DNA of 64,000 nucleotides from an uncultured Chitinophagales bacterium (GTDB lineage: Bacteria; Bacteroidota; Bacteroidia; Chitinophagales; JADIYW01), in contig CAZBED010000001.1 in NCBI GenBank assembly GCA_964490845.1, positions 486,650 through 550,649 of the forward strand. Direction: 5' to 3'. This document shows positions 17,662-26,140 of the stretch, piece by piece; within the stretch, counting starts at the first letter, position 1, and every line of letters starts with the position of its first letter. The position numbers and the translations under genes were made by a program. The notes below the pieces were generated by a model that worked only from the letters and a program-made list of their open reading frames with translations, ran no database searches and had not been told where the DNA came from.

Positions 17662-18987
17662 TTATGCGCCTATCATACTGCCACCGCAAACCCTGATACA
17701 TTGCCCGTCAATTCCATCTGAAAGAGGGGAAGCTAAAAATCCGATAAGTTCTGCCACATCTTCCGGTAAGCCACCCTGCTTCAGGGTAGATAACCTTCTG
17801 CCGCCTTCTTTTACAAAAAACGGCAAGTTTTCCGTCATTTTAGTTTCAATAAATCCGGGTGCCACTGCATTCGCGGAAACCTTTGGATGTTTGGAGGCTA
17901 CTGCCTGCATATAGCCGATAACCCCGGCTTTGGTTAAGGAATAATTCGTCTGACCAACGTTGCCGGAAATACCGGAAATTGAGGACAAACTCACTACCCG
18001 GGCATGCTCATTGAACCCTTTTTGCAAAAACGTTTCGGTTAGTTGAATGACTGCTTTCAGATTGACATTCAACACACCGCGCCACTGTTCAATACTCATC
18101 TTGGCTATCGTCTTGTCACGGGTAATTCCCGCATTATTGACCAGGATATCCAGTCCTTTATAGTTGTTCAGGACATATTGCTGAATATCCTGAACCGCCT
18201 GGGGCGATGTAATGTCTTCCAGTATCACATCCCCGCTAATTTCCTGCGCCAGCTTTTCGGCATCTTCCTTAGAAGGAGGCACATCCACGATAATTACTTT
18301 AGCACCTTCCCGGCTCAATACTCTGGCTGCTGCCGCTCCTATCCCCCTCGCACCTCCGGTCACTATAGCTGTCTTCCCTTTCAGTAACTGAACAGGCGTC
18401 TGAAATCCATTTCCTGTCACATTATTCAATTCTATTACCTGACCGGTGATAAATGAAGACTTGTCGCTCAGAAAAAAGAAAGCCGATTTAGCAACATCTG
18501 ACACATTTACCTCGTTGTGTGTTATTTTTAACTGATTAACGGTAACGCCTTTTTTACCTCCAATCTCTTTTGACAGTGCTTTTGAAAATCCGTCTATGGA
18601 TTTCTGTACAGCGTACGATAAAGCATCCGAATAAACAAGTTTAGATACAATCACAATCCTGCCGTTTGCGGTAACTTTAACCGACGAATTTTTGATGGTG
18701 GTATATAAATCTTCCAGGTCTTCAATAGTTTCCATTCCAACACAACTCACCACCAAACCATCCAGTGCGGTATCATAGACAGTGGCTGCTCCCACTTTTG
18801 AATGAAGTTCTTTTTGCAACTGATGCAGGAAATCATTCTCTTTGCCGGCAACAGCTATTTTCTTGGATGCCAATTCATCGTCTGAATAGGCACCTAAATT
18901 CCGTTTGAGGATGGGCGGAACCGGAACGGGAATATTAAGCGCTTTTAATAAACTGCGTAAGGTGGCGTTTTGTAAGTAATCATTCAT
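17662..18987 (-). CDS. two-domain (high-molecular-weight, FabG4-like) 3-oxoacyl reductase, SDR family
   Basis: The C-terminal half is a classical SDR (VTGGARGIGAAAAR, NNAGI, catalytic YSLTKAG). An N-terminal domain of about 190 aa lacks the Gly-rich motif. Total length 441 aa. Confidence 0.85.
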   Translation of the reverse strand: MNDYLQNATLRSLLKALNIPVPVPPILKRNLGAYSDDELASKKIAVAGKENDFLHQLQKELHSKVGAATVYDTALDGLVVSCVGMETIEDLEDLYTTIKNSSVKVTANGRIVIVSKLVYSDALSYAVQKSIDGFSKALSKEIGGKKGVTVNQLKITHNEVNVSDVAKSAFFFLSDKSSFITGQVIELNNVTGNGFQTPVQLLKGKTAIVTGGARGIGAAAARVLSREGAKVIIVDVPPSKEDAEKLAQEISGDVILEDITSPQAVQDIQQYVLNNYKGLDILVNNAGITRDKTIAKMSIEQWRGVLNVNLKAVIQLTETFLQKGFNEHARVVSLSSISGISGNVGQTNYSLTKAGVIGYMQAVASKHPKVSANAVAPGFIETKMTENLPFFVKEGGRRLSTLKQGGLPEDVAELIGFLASPLSDGIDGQCIRVCGGSMIGA

Positions 18988-19022
18988 GGTTGTATATTTA
19001 GTATTTAGAAGTAAGAAGTATG

Positions 19023-19619
19023 TTAATTTTTTACAAACTCTGCTAATTTTTGTTTTCGCTGGTGTAATAAGTGCAAATATAGCTTAGGAAACATAAACAC
19101 ATATAAGATAGCGACTCCAATAATTAAAATTTTTATCCAAAGTATAGCATTTAGCTGAAAGATAAGGAACAGTATATAGCATTCGCAGGCGGCGCCGAGC
19201 GGATACAAAAGAATGAAAGCGGTGTAGCGAAGTGTGGTCAGCCATCTGTAATCTCGATTAAATAGCAGCATCGCATAATAAGCGTATCTGATAATTTCCG
19301 CCAGGCACCATGCCATTAACATTATATGTACTATCTCATTCAGCCATGGCAGCGGACTGAAAACAGAACTTAAAATCAGTACGTATGAAAAAAACAGGAT
19401 AAAGAGCCTTGCACCAATCTGTAGAAAACTGTACACCGGCGATGAGTTGTACCATTTTTTATAAGCATAAAATACTTCCATAAGTGAATATACCTGAAAC
19501 AAAGCGATGATATAGTATCCAATCAGAAAATTAAACGGCAGGCATAATAATCCTGCCAACCATCCTCCTATCTGAAGCACATTATAGGTCTTTAAATATT
19601 TTTCAATGCTTGCATTCAT
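19023..19619 (-). CDS. PTPLA/HACD-family membrane protein (3-hydroxyacyl-CoA dehydratase-like)
   Basis: 198 aa, multi-TM. Signature blocks are YLKTYNVLQIGGW, SLMEV...FLQIGARLF and AWCLAEIIRYAYY...LRYTAFILLYPLGAACE. These match my memory of the HACD/Phs1 family consensus. Confidence 0.75.
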   Translation of the reverse strand: MNASIEKYLKTYNVLQIGGWLAGLLCLPFNFLIGYYIIALFQVYSLMEVFYAYKKWYNSSPVYSFLQIGARLFILFFSYVLILSSVFSPLPWLNEIVHIMLMAWCLAEIIRYAYYAMLLFNRDYRWLTTLRYTAFILLYPLGAACECYILFLIFQLNAILWIKILIIGVAILYVFMFPKLYLHLLHQRKQKLAEFVKN

Positions 19620-19671
19620 TTTTTTGCAGTTACAAGATACTAAATGCCGGTTTATTTTTTACTTTTAACAC

Positions 19672-20130
19672 ATGGATTTGTTTGAACAGACCGCCAGCCA
19701 GATGGTATTATACCATTTGCGTACTTCCTGGCTGAACATTGTGAAAGTATTTAACGACAAAGCACATTTATACAACGGCACTATTTCGATGGCATTTGTA
19801 TTAATGGCCATCTACGAAGAAGATGGTGTGCCTGTGACCAAAATTGCACCCCGCATCGGTATGGAGCCGAACAGTTTGTCCAGAACTTTAAACAGCCTCG
19901 AAGAGAGTGGCGCTATATCCAGAAAGCCCGATGAAAATGACCAACGCAAAGTATTGGTATTCCTGACACCGGAAGGGAAAAAATTGCGTAAGATAGCCCT
20001 GAAAACCGTGTTTGACCTGGAAAAGAAAATTACCGAAAAACTTACTCCTAAACAACTCAAAGCTTTCAGTGAGGTGATAGATCAGGTATATGTGTCACTG
20101 GAAGGATTTGGAAAAGAACTCGAGAAGTAA
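19672..20130 (+). CDS. MarR family transcriptional regulator
   Basis: Winged-helix segment NSLSRTLNSLEESGAISRKPDENDQRKVLVFLTPEGKKL. 152 aa. Divergent from the HACD-like gene across a 52-bp spacer. Confidence 0.9.
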   Translation: MDLFEQTASQMVLYHLRTSWLNIVKVFNDKAHLYNGTISMAFVLMAIYEEDGVPVTKIAPRIGMEPNSLSRTLNSLEESGAISRKPDENDQRKVLVFLTPEGKKLRKIALKTVFDLEKKITEKLTPKQLKAFSEVIDQVYVSLEGFGKELEK

Positions 20131-20175
20131 TTCAACTTTTTAGGACACTCATAAATGTTCTCGTATCGCGACATT

Positions 20176-20203
20176 AAAATGAGCACAAATCATTGCTCAT
20201 TTT
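20176..20203 (+). terminator. weak hairpin after marR, overlapping the 3' end of abiEii
   Basis: AAAATGAGCA-CAAATCAT-TGCTCATTTT; short T-run only. Confidence 0.35.
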
Positions 20204-21050
20204 CAAACTTTATTTTATCCACTAAATCACCGAAATACGCCTGATTCCAAATCTCCAATAGTCTTTCGTCTTTTATAAAACGTACAACGTCTTCTTTAAT
20301 CTGATCAAAAGAAACAATGTTGATCTTATCCTTCAGCAATTGCAGAATCTGACGCTTTGATATCGAATCTTCCTGCCAGTCTCCGGTATCTTTGGCTCTG
20401 TTCAAAAAATGTCCCATATCCAGTGGAATGCCACTTCTGATATACCATTCTAAATCATACCAGTCGCGGCCTTTGACTCTGTTTTTCCATTTTCTGAACA
20501 ATAACGCGTGCATTTTACCGGCAAACAGACTTGAACGACTAAAACATTTTACATAAAAAGAAAACGGCCGAAGCAATAGTTTTTCTTCTGTTTCAAAACC
20601 CAGAGGTGGCTTACAGTCTACTTCTATTTTAATCTTGATGCTTCTGTTGGATAAAATTCCGGCTTGTTTTACAATATCTTCTAAGACCAATTCTTTCCAT
20701 AATGTTTCTGCTTTCAAAAATGCAGATTCTATAGAAGTCTGTTTCTTTTTATCTTTCTCCCTGATGCTGACTTTCATTCCGGCCGCTTCAAATTCCGTAA
20801 CTATTGACGCAAAATAGTGTTCTAAAGAAAAATCAGGATTTGTCTCCAGTAAAGAAAAATCCAGATCTTCGGAGAACCTGTCCAAATCATAAAAAATGCG
20901 CAGCGCCGTGCCACCATAAAACGCCGCCTTCTCAAAAAAATCTGTTCGCGATAAGCCTGCAAGCGCGATCTCCTGCATGATTTCGCGCAGCGCCAATAAA
21001 ACGTCCTCTTCGTTTTGGGGTTGATATTCCGCTATCCAATCCTTTATCAT
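20190..21050 (-). CDS. abiEii: AbiEii/AbiGii nucleotidyltransferase toxin (DUF1814)
   Basis: NTase motif FYGGTALRIFYDLDRFSEDLDFSL. 286 aa. ATGA overlap with the upstream antitoxin gene. Confidence 0.9.
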   Translation of the reverse strand: MIKDWIAEYQPQNEEDVLLALREIMQEIALAGLSRTDFFEKAAFYGGTALRIFYDLDRFSEDLDFSLLETNPDFSLEHYFASIVTEFEAAGMKVSIREKDKKKQTSIESAFLKAETLWKELVLEDIVKQAGILSNRSIKIKIEVDCKPPLGFETEEKLLLRPFSFYVKCFSRSSLFAGKMHALLFRKWKNRVKGRDWYDLEWYIRSGIPLDMGHFLNRAKDTGDWQEDSISKRQILQLLKDKINIVSFDQIKEDVVRFIKDERLLEIWNQAYFGDLVDKIKFENEQ

Positions 21051-21685
21051 AAGGTTTCAAGTGTTTGAACAAGCATAGATAAACTACTCCTCTTTGGGGC
21101 ATCCACCACCCACGACCGAATAGCTGGAATATTTAAGGAGCGCAACACATCTTCGTCTATCCGCATATCATCGAGTAAAAAATCCATTGTTTGCCGTATG
21201 CTTCTGAGCAGCACCCCCGATGTCAGCACTACCTTGTCACAAATCGCCTTTTCCATCGAAGCGATCAAAGCTGTTTGCTTAGGTGTAATCCTGACACTTT
21301 GAATTCCGAAAGAATAATAAGGCGCGGCCAGATGCACATAAGAAAAGCGGCCGAGCGGATTATTGTATATTTTAGATGTCTTTAAGGTAACGGAACTAAG
21401 TTCGTGTACCTGTTCAGGAATCATACCCCAATAGAATAAGGCTGATTCTAATGAAACATAACTAGGCCCTCTGAGATGATTAGCGATGAGATATAAATTG
21501 GGTACCGGCAAATCCGCTTCCGGCCCGGGCACATACAATCCTCTCCTTAATGACAGCAATTCTCCGCTTCTCATCAGCTCACTGATTTTGTCATTGGGAC
21601 GACTGTATTCGGGCAGCATTTCCGTTACAATATGGTGCGTAACCGGCGCTTCTGTATAATCCCTTATTATCTTTCTAAATGACAT
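21047..21685 (-). CDS. abiEi: AbiEi family antitoxin / transcriptional autoregulator
   Basis: 212 aa. The N-terminal wHTH-like segment contains LSLRRGLYV, typical of AbiEi_4. Its stop overlaps the abiEii start (ATGA at 21047-21050). Confidence 0.85.
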   Translation of the reverse strand: MSFRKIIRDYTEAPVTHHIVTEMLPEYSRPNDKISELMRSGELLSLRRGLYVPGPEADLPVPNLYLIANHLRGPSYVSLESALFYWGMIPEQVHELSSVTLKTSKIYNNPLGRFSYVHLAAPYYSFGIQSVRITPKQTALIASMEKAICDKVVLTSGVLLRSIRQTMDFLLDDMRIDEDVLRSLNIPAIRSWVVDAPKRSSLSMLVQTLETL

Positions 21686-21706
21686 ACTGCTATTTTATTA
21701 TGCAAT

Positions 21707-21813
21707 AATCGGAAAAAATACGATTATTACATAATAATTTTGCATTTTATTGTAAAAATAGTCTATATTAATCGGTAAAAATCCGATTAAATAGTAATAA
21801 TTTACATTTTATT
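21707..21813. promoter_or_regulatory. duplicated unit of about 45 bp, each unit opening with an inverted repeat; candidate AbiEi operator
   Basis: Unit 1 (21707-21751): AATCGgaaaaaataCGATTattacataataattttgcattttatt. Unit 2 (21770-21813): AATCGGtaaaaatCCGATTaaatagtaataatttacattttatt. Starts are 63 bp apart. Unit 1 begins 22 bp upstream of the abiEi ATG. Confidence 0.5.
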
Positions 21814-21887
21814 CAAAAAGATGAACATGGAATAGATAAAAAAATTGCTGACAAGGTTCAGTTTGGCTAAGTGGTATATTACGGAAA

Positions 21888-23693
21888 TTAAAACGGATAT
21901 TTACCTGCAGCTATCGCCACATCCGCAATTTCCCTGCGGGTATCTTTCGGATTGATATCATAACTTTTCAGCAAGCCATTCACCAATCGTTTGATGGTAA
22001 ATTTCTCCACACCGCCGGCGTAGCTGTCAATTGCATTTTCCGCGGATTTACGTGCTATATCCAGCGCTTCATAAATATATAATTGCAGCATTTTAATTTT
22101 TGTCTTCAGTGCTTCTTTATCGGCATTCGGGTCGGCATTGAGTTTTTTGACACGCAGCAGCGCTGATTCTGCCATAAACGCCACAGCCATTATATCTGCC
22201 AGATTCATTACAATTTCCTGCTCATCCACCAGTTTGGTCTTTAGTTTGCGTCCGGCAGCACCTGTGATGATCATAAAGACACTTTTCAGGTTGGAAACGA
22301 TTTCCGTTTCGGTAGCCAGAAAACCGCTGTTAAACGGATTAAAATTCTGCGCAATGCCCAACGGAATGGTTTTCATTGCATCGTTTAATTTCAGTTCTTT
22401 TGTCTGGAAAGCCCTTTTATAAAATTCCGCCAGACTCAACATACGGTTAATTTCATTCGTGCCTTCATAAATCTTGGTAATGCGCGCATCGCGGTACGCC
22501 ATCTCCACACCGGTTTCCATGGAATAGCCCATGCCTCCGTGTACCTGTATTGCTTCATCCGCGGCATAACACACCGCCTCAGAACCCTGTACTTTCAGAA
22601 TGGCGCACTCAATAGCATACTCGCGCATGGAATTGATTTTAGCATCGTTTTCAGAAGAACCGTTTGCTTTCAGTTCGTGGTATTTTTTATCCACTTCCGC
22701 CCCTACCCGGTAGGCCGCCGATTCATTCACAAATGCAAGCATTGCCATTTGGCCTATCTTGTATTTGATGGCGCCGAAATCAGAAATAGGTTTATCAAAC
22801 TGGATACGCTGTGTCGCATATTCCACTGATTTTGTTACTCCAAATTTCATTCCACCAACACCTCCCGCGCAGATTTTGATACGGCCATTGTTCAGAATAT
22901 TCAACGCCATATTAAATCCTTTGCCGCGTTCGCCTAATAAATTTTCTTTCGGAATCGGGCAATTATTAAAAAATAACTGCACTGTCGAAGAGGCTTTGAT
23001 ACCCATCTTTTTTTCTTCCTTCCCTATTTCAATACCACCGAATTCTTTTTCTACAATAAAAGCTGACAACCTTTCATCATCCTCGATTTTAGCGAATACG
23101 ATAAAAATATCAGCGAAGCCGCCATTCGTAATCCACATCTTTTGTCCGTTCAGCAAATAATGTGTTCCGGCTTCATTTAATATAGCATTGGTTTTTCCGG
23201 AGTTAGCGTCAGAACCGGCACCCGGTTCGGTTAACGCGTAAGAACAAGCATATTCTCCGGCAGCAATCTTAGGCAGGTATTTTAATTTTTGTTCGTGTGT
23301 GCCGTAAAAAACAATAGGTAAAGAGCCGATGGATACCTGCGCACCGATGGTGGTGGCAAAAGACAAGCCCAGCGCAAGTGCTTCCGTAAATAATAAGCCG
23401 GTATTGAAATCAAGTCCCATGCCGCCATATTCTTCCGGTATGGAAACACCGCAAATACCTAATTCGGATGCTTTGCGAAATAATTCCAGCAACAATTCTT
23501 TGTCCTTTTCCGCATCCAGCTGAGCAACACGCTCAATACCCAAACCATGTATTTCCTTCAGACAAAAGTCGTGTACCATTTGCCAGATCATTTTTTGCTC
23601 TTCCGAAAATTCTTCCGGAATAAAAACATCTTTAGGATTGGTTTCTGAAAAAAGGAAGTTACCTCCGATTAATTTAGTTGCTTCTGCTGCCAT
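21888..23693 (-). CDS. long acyl-CoA dehydrogenase (VLCAD-like, extra C-terminal helical domain)
   Basis: YALTEPGAGSD and QVHGGMGY ACAD motifs. A C-terminal extension of about 180 aa. I prefer the ATG at 23693 (MAAEATKLIGG...) over 23726. Confidence 0.9.
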   Translation of the reverse strand: MAAEATKLIGGNFLFSETNPKDVFIPEEFSEEQKMIWQMVHDFCLKEIHGLGIERVAQLDAEKDKELLLELFRKASELGICGVSIPEEYGGMGLDFNTGLLFTEALALGLSFATTIGAQVSIGSLPIVFYGTHEQKLKYLPKIAAGEYACSYALTEPGAGSDANSGKTNAILNEAGTHYLLNGQKMWITNGGFADIFIVFAKIEDDERLSAFIVEKEFGGIEIGKEEKKMGIKASSTVQLFFNNCPIPKENLLGERGKGFNMALNILNNGRIKICAGGVGGMKFGVTKSVEYATQRIQFDKPISDFGAIKYKIGQMAMLAFVNESAAYRVGAEVDKKYHELKANGSSENDAKINSMREYAIECAILKVQGSEAVCYAADEAIQVHGGMGYSMETGVEMAYRDARITKIYEGTNEINRMLSLAEFYKRAFQTKELKLNDAMKTIPLGIAQNFNPFNSGFLATETEIVSNLKSVFMIITGAAGRKLKTKLVDEQEIVMNLADIMAVAFMAESALLRVKKLNADPNADKEALKTKIKMLQLYIYEALDIARKSAENAIDSYAGGVEKFTIKRLVNGLLKSYDINPKDTRREIADVAIAAGKYPF

Positions 23694-23730
23694 GTTAGCT
23701 AATTTTATTTTCAGGAAAGTTAGCATTAAA

Positions 23731-23752
23731 AATCCAATGCATGCATTGGATT
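23731..23752. promoter_or_regulatory. perfect 22-bp palindrome in the divergent ACAD / T9SS-hydrolase intergenic region
   Basis: AATCCAATGCATGCATTGGATT is its own reverse complement. It lies 38 bp upstream of the preferred ACAD start. Confidence 0.4.
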
Positions 23753-23852
23753 AATGATTATTTAACAATTGTAAAATAAGGAGTTGTAATTTGTCCTATC
23801 GGATTTTAACTCAAATCAACCTATTTCTGCAATATTTCTTATTTTTAGCAGA

Positions 23853-26060
23853 ATGAAATGGTTGTATGCCTGTTTTGTTTTGACCTTTTTAACTTCTAAG
23901 ACGTATTCAAACGATACGCTGGATATTTCCCAAACGGTGCTGAACGATGCATATCCCGGCATCTTCACAGGCATCAGCAGCATGAGCCTGAATGACCAGA
24001 TAAATTATACCTGGGACACTGCAGGCTCTGTCTCTTCTTCACAATTTAGTGACACCATACTCTCCTTAACAAAACCGTTGGGCATAAAGTTGTTTCGTTT
24101 TCCGGGCGGGACGATTGGAAATTTCTATCACTTTTACGGAAATGGATACGGCATAGATACCAGTGAAACCAACTGCGCACCCGGCAGAATAGGTTATCCC
24201 TGGGCAAATTTATTTTTACGATTTGACAGAAAGGTCAATAAAAATATCATTGAATATTTTAAGGACGAAGTGCAGGCTTATCAAAACAGCGGCCGACAGG
24301 CAAGTGTGTACTTCAGGCTCAATTCGCATACCCATTTTTACAAAGGCGACCTGATTCCATTCAGCGATTCCATTCAATACCTGATCAGTACTTACAACAA
24401 CAACAATAACGCATTCCTCAACTCCAATGGTGACTTTTATCTGGACAGTACCAATATTTGGTTTTATGCACTATCCGTTTACAACATACAACAGAACGGA
24501 TTATTCAGGAGGATAAAAGATAAGCTGGTACGTACACCCGGATTTTACAGCCGGTTTAAAGAAAATCTGGATGCTTTAGAATATTTGAAAAGATATAACA
24601 TACCGGTTCTGGGTGTTGAAATCGGAAATGAGACCGATGCAGATTATATTATCTATGATGATGACCTGTCTTACTCAGGGTACGATTGTGTTACCAATAC
24701 CACGCGTGCGGATTCTATCACACTGGTTAATTTTCCTATACGGAATTTCTTTGAAGGTCTGTTAAAGAACTGGATTCTTGTTTCGCTTTATGCGGACAGC
24801 ATCAAAGCCCGTTTCAACCTGCCCTGTGGCGTACCGGCAGCCGTACGTCTCAATTATCTTCAACCGGACAGCAATCATCTTCCCACCTTAATAAAACCCT
24901 ATGGATTAATAGGAAAAGTTAAAGATCTTTGGAATGCCTATTATGGATTACAGCCAAATGTAAGTGCATTAATCCCGCATCTGTATTTTCAGAATTTCAT
25001 ATCCTGTGAAGATTATACAGCTATACCTGAGAAAAAGGATAAATACATCATCAACAAGCTTACCGAACTGTATATAAAAGCTTATTGTAACAACAGCATG
25101 CCGTACAGCCTTCAATCCGTTTTCAATACGGGAAACCACAAGCAATTATGGGTAACGGAATGGAACTTCACGGACCAGTCCTATGCAACCGGCACTTTCC
25201 TCCATGCCTTATATATTTATTATTTTATTCAGAAATCGGTCGAATTGTACGAACAGCGTCCGAATATGGTTAAAACCTGGATGTATCATCTGCTAGCCAG
25301 TGCATATTACCCCTGGCCTTTAGTACGCTCCGGGTATGATACAACGGATACTCATCTGTATTACGCGCAAAAACAGATTATGTATGAACCATTCTATATC
25401 TGGAGCAATACACTTCATCAAACCGTTAAAAAAATAAAGTCTGCATTTGTACAGACGGATGCAAATATCACTACAGACGCATTTGTCAATGATGCAGCCA
25501 AAGAAATCTATATACAATTTGTCAACTCCGATACACTCCCACACATATTGCCACTCTACAATCGAACCATCAGAAAAGGTAATCAGTTGTTGCTCGTTGA
25601 ATCGGGCAGCAGCTACATAGCAAAAGCGGATAATTTCACATCCACCAGCTTTTCAGGTTGCGAGTATGTCAATCAAACGATTGATGATAACGGATACAGG
25701 GTATTAAATGATACCCTAACTCAGTTTGATTCGCTTGTTCTGCCTGGATTATCCATGGGGAAATTTACCCTGCACTACAGGAATGCTGTTACTTCCTATG
25801 CCGATGAAAATTCCATCAAACAAGCGAACTTGTTTCCGAATCCCTCACAAGGGTTGTTGTATATAGTATGGAATCACGAACTGAATAAAGAAAATGCAAC
25901 TTATTGTATTTACAATACGTTGGGTGAAATGGTTTTTCAAAGCCATATTCTAAATAGATATACCACTCTGGACATCTCTTTCTTAAGTCCGGGTTTTTAC
26001 AACCTGCAAGTGATCGTAAAAAATCAAATCACTGAAAATCATAAGATTATAATTAATTAG
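23853..26060 (+). CDS. secreted clan GH-A-like glycoside hydrolase candidate with T9SS C-terminal sorting domain
   Basis: FRFPGGTIGNFYHF, GVEIGNETD (candidate acid/base NE) and WVTEWNF (candidate nucleophile). C-terminus LFPNPSQGLLYIVW...GFYNLQVIVKNQITENHKIIIN. Confidence 0.8.
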   Translation: MKWLYACFVLTFLTSKTYSNDTLDISQTVLNDAYPGIFTGISSMSLNDQINYTWDTAGSVSSSQFSDTILSLTKPLGIKLFRFPGGTIGNFYHFYGNGYGIDTSETNCAPGRIGYPWANLFLRFDRKVNKNIIEYFKDEVQAYQNSGRQASVYFRLNSHTHFYKGDLIPFSDSIQYLISTYNNNNNAFLNSNGDFYLDSTNIWFYALSVYNIQQNGLFRRIKDKLVRTPGFYSRFKENLDALEYLKRYNIPVLGVEIGNETDADYIIYDDDLSYSGYDCVTNTTRADSITLVNFPIRNFFEGLLKNWILVSLYADSIKARFNLPCGVPAAVRLNYLQPDSNHLPTLIKPYGLIGKVKDLWNAYYGLQPNVSALIPHLYFQNFISCEDYTAIPEKKDKYIINKLTELYIKAYCNNSMPYSLQSVFNTGNHKQLWVTEWNFTDQSYATGTFLHALYIYYFIQKSVELYEQRPNMVKTWMYHLLASAYYPWPLVRSGYDTTDTHLYYAQKQIMYEPFYIWSNTLHQTVKKIKSAFVQTDANITTDAFVNDAAKEIYIQFVNSDTLPHILPLYNRTIRKGNQLLLVESGSSYIAKADNFTSTSFSGCEYVNQTIDDNGYRVLNDTLTQFDSLVLPGLSMGKFTLHYRNAVTSYADENSIKQANLFPNPSQGLLYIVWNHELNKENATYCIYNTLGEMVFQSHILNRYTTLDISFLSPGFYNLQVIVKNQITENHKIIIN

Positions 26061-26140
26061 TGGTTTTTTAACAAGTTTTTAACCTGCAACTTAATTGCAT
26101 ATAGTCTGATACACGGGTGTAGTTTTCTATTTTTACATTA

